From contig CAVOXA010000010.1 in the NCBI GenBank assembly GCA_963700285.1, positions 1,664,001-1,728,000 on the forward strand: a stretch of 64,000 bases of DNA. The letters run 5' to 3'. Shown in pieces: positions 8,858 to 19,471 of the stretch (positions within the stretch are counted from its first letter, which is position 1; each line of letters opens with the position of its first letter). Source of the stretch: an uncultured Chloroflexia bacterium. Its GTDB lineage: Bacteria > Chloroflexota > Anaerolineae > JAAYZQ01. The notes beneath the pieces were generated by a model. The model was not told where the DNA came from. It searched no databases and saw only the letters and a list, made by a program, of their open reading frames with translations. The position numbers were made by a program, and so were the translations under genes.

Positions 8858-10347
8858 ATGCGTATACTGACGCTGAATCCGCCTTTCCATGCCCGATACT
8901 CTCGCTCCCAGCGCAGCCCGGCTGTGGTCAAGAGTGGGGTGGTCTATTACCCCATCTGGCTGGCCTATGCCACCGGCGTGCTGGAGCAGAGTGGGTTCGA
9001 GGTCAAGCTACTGGACGCGCCGGCTGCCGGCCACGATCTGCAAGACGTGCTGCAGCTGGCGGACGAGTTCCAGCCGCGACTGGTGGTCATCGATACCAGC
9101 ACGCCCAGCATCTACAACGACGTCGAAGTGGCTGAGGCGATCAAGGGCCGCAAACCCGATACCTTCATCCTGCTGGTAGGCCCCCACGTCACGGCCCTGC
9201 CGGAGGAGAGCCTGGGCATCAGCCCCTCCATCGATGCCGTCGCCCGCGGGGAATACGACCACACGGTGCGCGATGTCGCCCGCGTGCTGGCGGGCGGCGG
9301 AGACCTGGCCACCGTTCCTGGGCTGAGCTATCGCCATCGCAGCGGCGACTGGTGCACAACCCGGACCGGCCTCCCATCCAGGACCTGGATGCCCTGCCCT
9401 TTGTCAGCGAGGTGTACAAACGCCATCTGCGCATCGAGGACTATTTCTACTCCATCGCCCGCTACCCAGAGGTGACCATCGTCACCGGCCGGGGCTGTCC
9501 CTACCGCTGCACCTACTGCCTCTGGCCGCAGACGATCACCGGCCACGAATACCGCCGCCGAAGCGTGGCCAACGTCGCCGACGAGTTCGAGTTCATCGCC
9601 CAGGCGTTTCCCCAGGCCAAAGAGATCTTTATCGAGGACGACACCCTGACCGTGGACCAGGAGCGCTGCATTGCCCTGGCCCAGGAATTGATCCAACGCG
9701 GCAACCGCCTGCCCTTCACCGCCAACTCGCGGGCCAACGTGAGCTTCGAAACCCTATCCTGGCTGAAGCGGGCCGGATTGCGCCTCCTGTGCGTCGGCTT
9801 TGAAAGCGGCGACCAAGGGGTGCTGAACGCCATGCGCAAGGGCATCAAGGTGGAGCAGTTCTACCGCTTCCGGGAGGATGCCCGGCGCGCCGGCGTGCTG
9901 GTCCACGGCTGCTTCATGGCTGGCGGCCCGGGCGAGACGCACGAGACGCTGGCCCAGACGCTGGACCTGGCCAAGGCGCTGGACCCCGATACGGCCCAGT
10001 TCTTCCCCCTGATGGTCTATCCGGGCACCGAGGCCTACGAGTGGGCCCAGCGCAGCGGCTACCTGACCACCGACGATTTTCGCCAATGGCTGACGCCTGA
10101 GGGCCTGCACCGTACCGTGGTGAGCCAGCCCGAGCTCACAGCCGAGGACCTGGTGGCCTGGTGCGACCAGGCCCGTCGCTCCTTCTACCTGCGGCCGCGC
10201 TACATCGCGGCCAAGGCATGGGAGATGGTGGCCCATCCCGCCGAAGCGGGCCGGATCCTCAGGGCGGCCCGCACCTTCATCAAGTACCTGTTACGTCCCT
10301 CACTGCGATCTGGACCAGAGGATGTGGCACAACGGAAAGCAGTCTGA
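8858..10347 (+). CDS. Cobalamin-binding radical SAM protein (HpnJ/BchE-like), apparent frameshift at ~9350
   Basis: N-terminal B12-binding domain (YYPIWLAY..LLDAPA..LVGPHVT) in one frame joins GRGCPYRCTYC (CxxxCxxC), EDD and GFESG in ORF 9352..10347. Confidence 0.85.
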
Positions 10348-10364
10348 TCTCAAAAGAGGTGAAA

Positions 10365-12052
10365 ATGACGCGCAAACGGTTCTTGATCGGCATCTTTCGG
10401 GTCCAGGTAGCGACCATCATCTTTATGCTGCCCGCTTTCGTCCCTGTAGGGCTGGGGAACCTTGGCCTGGAGGCGCAGGGTTGTCCCCCTGTGGCCAATA
10501 CCCCCTCTTTCAGCATAGCCTACGGCCCTGTCCAACTGGATGGGGCTCAGGCCCCGGTGGGTACCATCGTCGAGGTGATCAGCCCTCGGGACGACGTGGT
10601 GGGCTGCATTGAGGTGAGTGCCGCTGGCAGCTACGGTGCCATGTACGTCTATGGTGAGGACACCTCGGTCAGCCCGCCGATACCCGGCATGAGGGCGGGC
10701 GAGACCGCTACCTTCCGCGTGGATGGGTACACGGCCACCGCCACACCCGAACTCCTGTGGCAAAATGACCGTGAACTCCACCAGATAGAGCTCACGGCCC
10801 AGACGCCGGACCCGGTCGAGATCGCGCTCTCGCCTGGCTTGAACCTGGTCCCCTGGCGGCTGGAGCCACCGCCCAACGTCCAAGGAGCCCTGGCCGAGAT
10901 CGCAGCCCAGGGTGGCCAGGCGCCAGAAGCTTACCGCTGGCTGAGCAAAGTGGACACCTGGGAGGGACACGTTCTGGGCAAGCCCTTCAACAACTTTGCG
11001 CTGGCGTTGGGCCAAAGCTATTTTGTCAAGGCCACGTCGGCCAGCACCTGGCAGCCCCCGGGGCAGCAGCCTGCCGGCCCGGTACCGGTCCAGATTGACC
11101 CCACCTGGACGCTGATCGGCCTGCCCGTTTTGCCCGGCCCGATGACGGCCCGTGGTCTGCTGGACGAGGCCACGGCTCAGGGTGGCGCGTGCACCGAGAT
11201 CTACCGCTGGGACGGCCAGGGAGACTGGGACGGCCACCTCAGTGGCCTGCCGGCGTACGACTTTGACCTGACGGATCGAGGAGGGCTACTTTCTCAAGTG
11301 TGCCAACGCCATCACCTATACGCCGGGAGCGGGTACCCAGCAGCAGGCGCCGTCTGCCCAACCGGCGCCCGTCGAGCTGGAAGCCCTGGAGCCCGTGCTC
11401 GGATCCCGTCATCTCTGACGTCCTGGTCACCAACCGTCGGGATGTGGTCTTCAGTCTCACCTGGCGCACCGACCGGCCCAGCACTGGCTGGCTGGAGTAC
11501 GCGAAAGACCTGACAGGTTTTCAAAACCTGTCAGGTCTGGGGGCACACGACGACCTGGGCGAGGGCACCGCCTCCCGGGTCCACCAGGTCACCCTCACCG
11601 GCCTGGCACCGGAGACAACCTACTACTTCCGCGTCCATTCGGGCGAGGCAGTAGACGACAACGATGGCGCACTGTACCAGGTGACCACCAGGGCCACGGA
11701 ACTGCCACCGGCACCCTTCCTGGCCTATGGGCAGGTGGAGACTTCCGAGGGTGCGCCAGCCGTGGCTACCTTGGTACGGGCCTGGCTGGTGGACAACGCA
11801 GGCGACGCGTCGGAGCCATTCTTGACTTTGGTCGACGGCTATGGTTACTGGAGCCTGAACCTGCCTATAGAGGCTTGTGAAGGGCTGCAGCTCAAGCTGG
11901 AGGCCATCGGCCAGCGGGGCAGCGATGTGCAACTGATCCAGCCGGCCTGCGAGGTGCAGCCGGCGGTCACGATTAAGCTGCCCGCAGAGAGCCCCACCGA
12001 GGAGACCCCCATGGAGACGTACCTGCCCATGATCCTGCGCGGATCTCCCTAG
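10365..12052 (+). CDS. Secreted surface protein, paralog 3: short N-terminal domain plus shared C-terminal module; apparent frameshifts at ~11278 and ~11400
   Basis: GAGGTG RBS then ATG 10365 and a signal-like N-terminus. ORFs 10161..11513 and 11300..12052 join into the shared module. Ends TYLPMILRGSP. Confidence 0.8.
11506..11538. repeat. Perfect 33-bp palindrome inside the coding sequence (encodes DLTGFQNLSG)
   Basis: AGACCTGACAGGTTTT-C-AAAACCTGTCAGGTCT, absent at this site in the four paralogs. Confidence 0.9.
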
Positions 12053-12079
12053 CCACGCGACCGGCGGGTTTCGTCAAGT

Positions 12080-12111
12080 GAGAACCCCGGTCGGGCAAGC
12101 CCGGGGTTCTC
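12080..12111 (+). terminator. Stem-loop after paralog 3
   Basis: GAGAACCCCGG...CCGGGGTTCTC, related to the hairpin after paralog 2. Confidence 0.6.
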
Positions 12112-12141
12112 TTGCTGCCGGCGTCCGACTTCTGACCAGCT

Positions 12142-12170
12142 TTGCGCGGATCTGGGCCTTCAGGTATAAT
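12142..12170 (+). promoter_or_regulatory. Sigma70-type promoter of the glycan operon
   Basis: TTGCGC-17nt-TATAAT. Confidence 0.55.
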
Positions 12171-12439
12171 GGCTCGGCACGTCCGGCTACCCTGGCCTTT
12201 TGGGTATGGTCCATGGGGTTGCGATCGTTGATGTTCCGTCGTCTCACAGTCGAGCTGGCAGGTGGATGGCGGCGCCATTCGTTTGGGCTACACTTGGCTA
12301 CCGCCCTCGTCCTCTCGGTGGCTGGCTACTGGCGGAATCCACTGCAGGCGACACCAGCCGCGGCGAACGTCCTGCCCAGAGGCCTGCTGGACGGCCCTGT
12401 CTGTTGGCAAATACCGTGATTTCTGGAGAAGCCTGCATC

Positions 12440-14386
12440 GTGGAGACAACACAATCCACTCCCCAGGAGCGCCCAAGCGTACTGGATCTTCTGATGGCCG
12501 CAGGGCTGGCCCTTTTTTTGGCCCTGCTGCCCTTTCACCTTGTCATCAAAAAGCTGATCCCCGGGCCCTTGGGCACCTACTGGAAGGAAATTCTGCTGGG
12601 CCTGCTGGTGCTCCTGTGGGTCGTTCGTTGCATACGCGCGCGCCGGGTTCTCTTGACCAGCACCCCCCTCGACGGCGCCGTGCTCTTTTACCTGGCCGTC
12701 TTGCTCCTGCGCTACGCACTCGATGGCTTCCAGTGGGTTGGCGCCTGGGGCCTGTACATCTCGATCCTCTATCTTCCCCTCTTCTGGCTGGTGCCAGCGG
12801 TCCTACAATCGCTCTCAGGAGAGGATCCACGACGCGGTACAGACTGGACAAAGGCATTGATGGCGCTCTTGGTGGCCATCGGTGCCGTCGTAGCTGTCGG
12901 GGGATTGGTCGAGTTCGCCCTCAATAGGCCCCTTTGGCCGTCGGAAGAGATGCTGCAGCGACAGGGGTTCTCCAGCATGTTCATTTATGGCACCCAAATC
13001 CGCCGCGTCTATTTCACCTTTGACTCTCCCACGACGCTGGCCAACACCCTGGCCATGCTGCTACCACTGGCCCTGGCGCTGGTCATGATCGCCCGCAATC
13101 CCTGGGGGGCGCTGGCGGCCTGGTTGGCCGCGGCCCTGATGGGTGTCTGCATCGTCGTGACCTTCAGTCGCGGCATTTGGGTGTCTACCGTGGTCGCCCT
13201 CGTCGTGATGGCGATCCTGAGCGGCTTTGTGCGGCGCAGGCGGCGGATCCTGTTGCTCGTGGCCGGGGTTCTGGCGGTGATCGTCCTGGCCTGGGTGCTG
13301 GTCCTGGCCGTCCGGCAAGAAGGGGATGGGTCCACACACAAAGGGGTCGTCGAACTCTCGCCAGCGGCCTATCAATCCGCGCCGATACTGGGAGTCCATC
13401 AAGATCTGCTTCTGGCGTCACCCATCCAGGGCCGGGCCGATGTCCAGACATGGACCTTGCTTGACCCCATCACCGCCCAGGACGACGCGCGCCCTGTCTT
13501 GTACCAGCATCCCCCTGAAAAGGGCAAGGACGAGGTCATCTACGCAGTGCAGGTGCCTGAAGGCAGCGCCCTGCGCCTGGCCATCGCCATGCCACCCGAG
13601 ACCTGGGCTCCGTACAAGGGGGATGGGGTCACATTTCAGATCTATGTCTCTGAACCCGATTCACCTCAGCCGGGACAACCGGTCTTTGTGCGGTACATCA
13701 ATCCCAAGGACAATCCCAGTGACCGCCGCTGGCGCAATTATCTGGTTGATCTTGCGCCATGGGTGGGGCGTACGGTGCACCTGAGCTTGAGCACCGAGTC
13801 TGGACCGGTAGACGACTGGACCTTTGACTGGGCCGGATGGGCCGATCTGCAGGTCGTAGGCGTCGATGCAGGCTACTTTGCCTCCCTACCGGCGGAGGGC
13901 GCTGTCCTTCGCCATACCCGCTCGATCACGGATTGGGTGCGCGACGAATCCAATCGCGACCGTCTGGCAGCCTGGAGCCAGGCGCTACAAGCCTGGCGTG
14001 CGGCCCCGTTGTGGGGTCAGGGACTCGGCTCAACCGGCGTGGCAGCCCTCCGTACCCAGCATGAGCGGGCCTTTGTTACCGAGAGCCAGGTCTTCAAGGC
14101 CCTGGTTGAGCTTGGTCCTCTGGGCCTGCTGGCTCTGGTCTATCTGTGGTTCCAGATCGCCCATGTCGGCTACCTGGCATATCGGGACGAGGAACGCCCC
14201 ACCGAACAGGCCCTGCTCCTTGGCATCCTGACCAGCCTGCTGGTGGTCTTTATCGAAGGCCTGGTCTATCAGAATCTGGAGGTCAAGCAGGTCAACGCCT
14301 ATTTTTGGACGCTGGTCGGAATCCTCGCCTTTCTGGCCAGGTACAGATCGGCGAAGCCCGAAACCAAGTCGGCTGGCCAGGCATGA
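12440..14386 (+). CDS. O-antigen ligase/Wzy_C-family membrane protein with an inserted extracytoplasmic beta-domain
   Basis: GTG after GGAG. Many TM helices, TFSRGIW, R..AW..A...W...PLWGQGLG and LVELGPLGL motifs, plus a ~190-aa soluble insert (YQHPP..GDGVTF..DWAGW). Confidence 0.8.
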   Translation: METTQSTPQERPSVLDLLMAAGLALFLALLPFHLVIKKLIPGPLGTYWKEILLGLLVLLWVVRCIRARRVLLTSTPLDGAVLFYLAVLLLRYALDGFQWVGAWGLYISILYLPLFWLVPAVLQSLSGEDPRRGTDWTKALMALLVAIGAVVAVGGLVEFALNRPLWPSEEMLQRQGFSSMFIYGTQIRRVYFTFDSPTTLANTLAMLLPLALALVMIARNPWGALAAWLAAALMGVCIVVTFSRGIWVSTVVALVVMAILSGFVRRRRRILLLVAGVLAVIVLAWVLVLAVRQEGDGSTHKGVVELSPAAYQSAPILGVHQDLLLASPIQGRADVQTWTLLDPITAQDDARPVLYQHPPEKGKDEVIYAVQVPEGSALRLAIAMPPETWAPYKGDGVTFQIYVSEPDSPQPGQPVFVRYINPKDNPSDRRWRNYLVDLAPWVGRTVHLSLSTESGPVDDWTFDWAGWADLQVVGVDAGYFASLPAEGAVLRHTRSITDWVRDESNRDRLAAWSQALQAWRAAPLWGQGLGSTGVAALRTQHERAFVTESQVFKALVELGPLGLLALVYLWFQIAHVGYLAYRDEERPTEQALLLGILTSLLVVFIEGLVYQNLEVKQVNAYFWTLVGILAFLARYRSAKPETKSAGQA

Positions 14387-14392
14387 GCTAGC

Positions 14393-15400
14393 GTGGACAC
14401 GGCATCTGCCTCGGTCATCATCGTCAACTGGAACCACGGTCACCTGATCCCCGGCTGCCTGGACGCGCTCCTGGCCCAGGACCATTCAGCGCTGGACATC
14501 CTCGTCGTCGACAATGGCTCCCAGGACGGATCGCCGGCACAGGTCGCCGCGCGGTACCCAACCGTGCGCTTGCAGACCTTTCCCCAGAACCGCGGCTTCT
14601 CCAACGCCTTCAATTGGGGGGTGAAACACTCTGACCGTGACTTTGTCCTCTCTCTGAACCCAGACACGGTTGTGCAACGTGGTTTTGTCCGGGAAATGCT
14701 ACAGGTGGCGAGGGATCACGGCCAGGATCAGGCGAGGATCGGCATGGTAGCGCCCAAGCTGCTCAGGACAAATGCCCCTACGATCCTTGATTCGACCGGC
14801 CTCTTTGTCGACCGCCGGCGCCGGCCCTACGATCGTGGTCAGGGCGAACCGGACCGAGGGCAGTACGATGCACAATCTTACGTTTTCGGCGCCTGCGGCG
14901 CGGCGGCGCTCTACCGCCGCACCATGCTGGAGGACCTTGCCCTGGATGGCGAGTACTTGGACGAGAGCTTTTTTGCCTATTATGAGGACGCCGATCTGGC
15001 GTGGCGCGCCCAATTGAGGGGTTGGCGATGTGTCTACGCACCGCGCGCCGTCGCCACCCACACCCGCGGCTGGGGCGATACCCTGCGCCAACCGGGGCAC
15101 GCGCCGAAAGGTGCGGCGGGGCCCAGACTGGCCCTTCGTAACCGCTACCTCATGACGGCCAAGAATGACGACTGGCGTCATCTTCTGGTGGACCTGCCTT
15201 TGATTCTGGCCGCCGAGTTACCACGCCTGGCCTACGCCGCCGTCACCCGGCCAGCGGTACTCCTGGGCCTGGTGGACCTGGCTCGTGCCTTGCCATCAGC
15301 CCTGGACAAGCGCCGCCAGATCCAGCGTCGCCGCACCATCGGCGATAGCGACATCCGTCACTGGTTTGTCAACCCCAGACAGACGGCCGGCGACCGCTAG
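14393..15400 (+). CDS. Glycosyltransferase family 2
   Basis: SVIIVNWN, VVDNGSQDGS, LNPD, YEDADLAWRA. Confidence 0.9.
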   Translation: MDTASASVIIVNWNHGHLIPGCLDALLAQDHSALDILVVDNGSQDGSPAQVAARYPTVRLQTFPQNRGFSNAFNWGVKHSDRDFVLSLNPDTVVQRGFVREMLQVARDHGQDQARIGMVAPKLLRTNAPTILDSTGLFVDRRRRPYDRGQGEPDRGQYDAQSYVFGACGAAALYRRTMLEDLALDGEYLDESFFAYYEDADLAWRAQLRGWRCVYAPRAVATHTRGWGDTLRQPGHAPKGAAGPRLALRNRYLMTAKNDDWRHLLVDLPLILAAELPRLAYAAVTRPAVLLGLVDLARALPSALDKRRQIQRRRTIGDSDIRHWFVNPRQTAGDR

Positions 15401-15410
15401 GGAAAAGTCG

Positions 15411-16517
15411 ATGAGTTCCAAGATCTTGCTGATCTACTATGAACCACAGCCCAGCGGCCAGACAGCCCATCTGCTTTCCCTTGTCCGTGGGTTGGACCTG
15501 GGTCGATACGAGGTCACAGTCGTTCTGCCTGTACATCTCACCGGCCCGGTCCCGGCATTTCAGCAAGCTGGCGCCCGGGTTGTGCCGCTTCCCTTGCGCA
15601 AAATCCGCTGGCCGCCACGGGCTGTAGCCACGTTTGTCCGCCTGATCCGCGAGGGAAGTCCAGACATCGTCCACGTTCATAGCCAGGAGGCCGGATTGGT
15701 CGCGCGCCCACTGGCCTGGCTGGCCGGGTCCCGTGCCATTCTCTACACTCCCCAGACCATCGACGTGCGCCGCGCCCGGTGGCACGCGCTGTACAGGACC
15801 CTGGAGCGCGCCCTGGCCTACTCTACCGACATTATCATCTCCGTCAACGAGGCCGACCGGCAGCGTCTGATCCGGTGGGGTATCCCCGGCCAGAAGGTCG
15901 TCACCATTCCCAACGGCATCGACCTGGCCGAATTCAAAGACCCCCCAGATACGGAGCAACTGCGTCAGGCGCTGGGCATGGACCGTGCATGCCCCCTGGT
16001 CCTGCAGGTGGGGCGGTTGAGCGCACAGAAGGATCCCTTGGCCTTCGTCCAAGGCGCGGTACGAGTGCTCCATACCCATCCCACCACGCAGTTTGCCCTG
16101 GTTGGTGATGGTCCACTGAGGGATGCCGTGACTTCCCGCATCAAGCATCTGGGCCTGGAGGAGCATGTGCATCTGCTGGGCTGGCGCGCCGGAGCGTCCA
16201 GGCTGATGGCCGCCGCTGACGTCGTCACCCTGACCTCCCGTTGGGAGGGCGCACCCTACGCCTTGCTGGAGGCTATGGCCTGGTCCCGCCCGGTCGTGGC
16301 CACGGCTGTCAACGGCTGTCCCGAGATCGTCATAGATGGCGTCACTGGTTTTGTCGTCCCGCCCGCCGATATGGCCTCCTGGGCCAAAGGGGTTGTTGAT
16401 CTGCTGAACGATCCTGCAGGAGCGACCAGGATGGGACAACAAGGCAGGCTGCGCGTCGAGGAGGAGTTTGATCTGCAACAGATGACTGCCCGCATCGAGG
16501 AGCATTACGTGCTATGA
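15411..16517 (+). CDS. Glycosyltransferase family 4
   Basis: DIVHVHS, IPNGID, GRLSAQK, SRWEGAPYALLEAMA (EX7E). Confidence 0.9.
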   Translation: MSSKILLIYYEPQPSGQTAHLLSLVRGLDLGRYEVTVVLPVHLTGPVPAFQQAGARVVPLPLRKIRWPPRAVATFVRLIREGSPDIVHVHSQEAGLVARPLAWLAGSRAILYTPQTIDVRRARWHALYRTLERALAYSTDIIISVNEADRQRLIRWGIPGQKVVTIPNGIDLAEFKDPPDTEQLRQALGMDRACPLVLQVGRLSAQKDPLAFVQGAVRVLHTHPTTQFALVGDGPLRDAVTSRIKHLGLEEHVHLLGWRAGASRLMAAADVVTLTSRWEGAPYALLEAMAWSRPVVATAVNGCPEIVIDGVTGFVVPPADMASWAKGVVDLLNDPAGATRMGQQGRLRVEEEFDLQQMTARIEEHYVL

Positions 16518-16561
16518 GTTTGGTTAGAATGACACAGCGTTGGACAGTTGCGCAAGCTGAC

Positions 16562-16590
16562 TTGACTAGAGGCAGATCCCTTGGTAGAAT
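16562..16590 (+). promoter_or_regulatory. Sigma70-type promoter
   Basis: TTGACT-17nt-TAGAAT. Confidence 0.6.
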
Positions 16591-16675
16591 CTGGTATGCC
16601 TTTCAGGCGGCTTCTTCAGGGGACCGGCGGAAGAGTTGCTTCCATCCCACCAAAGCTGAGTTTTCCTAGTTGCCC

Positions 16676-17791
16676 ATGCCAATTAATAGCCGATTGTCAA
16701 TCACAGCCGTCATACCAGTGCATGATGGCGGCGAGGATTTCCTTCGCTGCCTGCAGGCCCTGGCCCAAGCAGAGCCAGCGCCTGGTGAGATCATTGTGGT
16801 GGCCGATGGCGACACCGCAGGCTCAGTTAAGACGGCTGAGACCTATGCCACAAAGGTCCTGAGCACCATCAGCCAGAGGGGACCGGCCCACGCGCGCAAC
16901 CTCGGCGCTCTGGAAGCCCGGGGTGACATTCTTCTTTTCCTGGACGCCGACGTGCTCGTGCGTCGGGAGACTATCGGCCAGGTCATAGATCTGTTCGAGC
17001 AAGATCCAGGCCTGGCGGCTGCATTCGGCTCCTATGATAGCGATCCCGGGGCAACCAACTTTTTTTCGCAGTACAAGAATCTATTCCATCACTATATACA
17101 CCAGACCGCTGACAGAGATGCATCCACTTTCTGGAGCGGCTGTGGGGCCGTCCGCCGTTCCGTTTTCCTGACCATGGGTGGTTTCGACGAGGGCTATTCC
17201 CGACCCCTCATTGAGGACATTGAGTTTGGCCATCGACTGAAGGAGGCAGGATATCCGATCCGAGTGTGCAAGAGGCTGCAGGTTAAACATCTAAAACGCT
17301 GGGGAGCCATCTCTTTGCTGAAAAGCGACTTCTTTGATCGTGCATTGCCGTGGACTGAACTGATCCTAAGTCGCAGGTGGTTCATAGATGATCTAAACCT
17401 AAAGTCGTCTAACCGGTTCAGCGTGGTATTGACCTATGTCCTTCTCATGAGCTTGCTTGTTGCCCTTTGGTGGCCGCCCGCTCTGATGGCCTCGGCAGCG
17501 GCAGGCGGTCTACTGTTGATGCTGAATCTCCCACTCTATTCCTTCTTCCTACGCGAGCGTGGTCTTTGGTTTGCCCTGAGAACAATCCCCTGCCACTGGT
17601 CATACTTTGCCTATAGCGGCCTTGCCTTCTCAGTTGGAGCAATCAGGCATCTCTTCTTTCATCGACGAAAAGGCGATAGCGGAAGCGAGACTGCGACACG
17701 CAGGCGGTACTGGTCACGAGCGTTTCAAGGATCCCCAACAGATCCAGAGCAGGGCAACGTTGACGATCTATTGTTACATAATGAACCGTGA
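16676..17791 (+). CDS. Glycosyltransferase family 2 with C-terminal TM segments
   Basis: VIPVHD, GPAHARNLG, FLDAD, GGFDE, EDIEFG. Confidence 0.88.
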   Translation: MPINSRLSITAVIPVHDGGEDFLRCLQALAQAEPAPGEIIVVADGDTAGSVKTAETYATKVLSTISQRGPAHARNLGALEARGDILLFLDADVLVRRETIGQVIDLFEQDPGLAAAFGSYDSDPGATNFFSQYKNLFHHYIHQTADRDASTFWSGCGAVRRSVFLTMGGFDEGYSRPLIEDIEFGHRLKEAGYPIRVCKRLQVKHLKRWGAISLLKSDFFDRALPWTELILSRRWFIDDLNLKSSNRFSVVLTYVLLMSLLVALWWPPALMASAAAGGLLLMLNLPLYSFFLRERGLWFALRTIPCHWSYFAYSGLAFSVGAIRHLFFHRRKGDSGSETATRRRYWSRAFQGSPTDPEQGNVDDLLLHNEP

Positions 17792-17887
17792 AGAACCGAT
17801 GTACAGCACGGCGGCAGCAATGCAGGGCCATTGTGCGTTCGAGGACAGGGTCCCACACTCATTTCCTCAAATGAAGACACAGCCATC

Positions 17888-19297
17888 ATGAAACACCCCC
17901 TCGATCTCGTCATCATTGGCGCTGGTCCAGCAGGCTTGGCGGCGGCGTACGAGTCCGTCCAGCAGGGGATCAGTACGGTCGTTCTGGAAAAAGCCGATCA
18001 AGTTGGCGGACTGGCCCGCACAGAACTACACAAGGGCTATCGCTTCGATATCGGTGGTCACCGCTTCTTCACCAAGGTTGAGGACATCCAGAAGCTCTGG
18101 GAGGCGATGCTCGGCGAGGATTTTGTCGCGGTTTCTCGCTTATCGCGCATATACTACCAGGGTCAGTTCTTCAAATATCCTATGGAGTTCGTAGATACGC
18201 TCTCCAAGCTGGGCCTGGCTGAAAGCTCTCGGATCATGTTTAGCTACCTCAAGGCGAAGGTTAGGCCCTCTCCGCAGGAGGATACTCTCGATCAATGGGT
18301 GACGAACCGTTTCGGACAGCGATTGTACGAGATGTTCTTCCGAACCTATACCGAGAAAGTGTGGGGGGTTCCCTGCAGTCAGATCCAGGCCGACTGGGCG
18401 GCACAGCGGATTGCCGGGCTGTCGCTGAGAACGGTAGTGACCAACACCTTGCTCGGGACCAGCGGGACTCGGTCCCTAATCAACGAGTTCCATTACCCGA
18501 TCCTGGGACCGGGCATGATGTGGCAACGATTCAGGGAGGAAGTAGAAAGCCGGGGCGGTCAGGTGCGTACGGGAAGTCAGGTGATACGCGTCGAGCACGA
18601 CGCGGGACGGATCACGGCCTTGTTGACTGTGCAAGGAGGCAAGACATCTCGGATTCAGGCGAATCACTTGATCAGCAGCATGCCCCTGGCCGAACTGATA
18701 ACCTCTCTCTCCCCCACGCCTCCAGAAGAGGTAGTTCAAGCAGCACATGGTCTCCATTACCGAGATTTCGTCGTCGTGGCACTCATCGCCGAGCAGGCGA
18801 AGCAGTTCCCTGACCAATGGGTGTATATCCAAAGCCCAGATGTCCAGGTGGGGCGGGTGCAGAACTTTGGGAATTGGAGCGCTGCCATGGTACCCGATGG
18901 ACGGACAACGAGTTTGGGCATGGAGTACTTTTGTAGCGAGGGAGATGAAATCTGGCAAAAATCCGACGAGGAGCTTGTCGCGCTGGCAAAGCGGGAGTTG
19001 GTTGACCTCGGGCTGGCGCGGATGGCTGATATCAAAGATGGAGTAGTGGTCCGCCAGCCCAAGGCCTATCCGGTATATGACGAGGCGTATCGTGCCAATC
19101 TATCAACCATTCGAGGCTTTCTAGAAACGCTCGACAACCTGCAGACTATCGGCCGGAATGGGATGCATCGCTACAATAACATGGATCACTCCATGCTCAC
19201 AGGGATGTTGGCGGTGAGGAACTTGCTTGGGAAAGACCAGGACCTATGGTCAGTAAATGTGGAGCAAGTTTACCATGAGGGGATTGGAGAGCTGTAG
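17888..19297 (+). CDS. FAD-dependent oxidoreductase (protoporphyrinogen oxidase/UDP-galactopyranose mutase-like, glycan-cluster type)
   Basis: IIGAGPAGL, FDIGGHRFF, YTEKVWG, GRNGMHRYNNMDHSM. Confidence 0.85.
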   Translation: MKHPLDLVIIGAGPAGLAAAYESVQQGISTVVLEKADQVGGLARTELHKGYRFDIGGHRFFTKVEDIQKLWEAMLGEDFVAVSRLSRIYYQGQFFKYPMEFVDTLSKLGLAESSRIMFSYLKAKVRPSPQEDTLDQWVTNRFGQRLYEMFFRTYTEKVWGVPCSQIQADWAAQRIAGLSLRTVVTNTLLGTSGTRSLINEFHYPILGPGMMWQRFREEVESRGGQVRTGSQVIRVEHDAGRITALLTVQGGKTSRIQANHLISSMPLAELITSLSPTPPEEVVQAAHGLHYRDFVVVALIAEQAKQFPDQWVYIQSPDVQVGRVQNFGNWSAAMVPDGRTTSLGMEYFCSEGDEIWQKSDEELVALAKRELVDLGLARMADIKDGVVVRQPKAYPVYDEAYRANLSTIRGFLETLDNLQTIGRNGMHRYNNMDHSMLTGMLAVRNLLGKDQDLWSVNVEQVYHEGIGEL

Positions 19298-19370
19298 TTG
19301 AAAGCCAGGCAGCCCACGGTGTGCCGGAGTTGAACATAAGGATCGGCCAGTACCCGTCGGATGCCCTACC

Positions 19371-19399
19371 TTGACAACAGGTTCACCTTCAAGTAAAAT
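19371..19399 (+). promoter_or_regulatory. Sigma70-type promoter
   Basis: TTGACA-17nt-TAAAAT. Confidence 0.65.
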
Positions 19400-19471
19400 G
19401 CTGCACAGGCAGGATATACTGGGACAGGCCCCTCGATTACCCCACGCTGATACCCCAGGGTCAAAGAAAGG

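Noticed and set aside
8858-10347. Hopanoid biosynthesis gene hpnJ
   Set aside because: Family resemblance only; no other hpn genes in the window, so no symbol was assigned.
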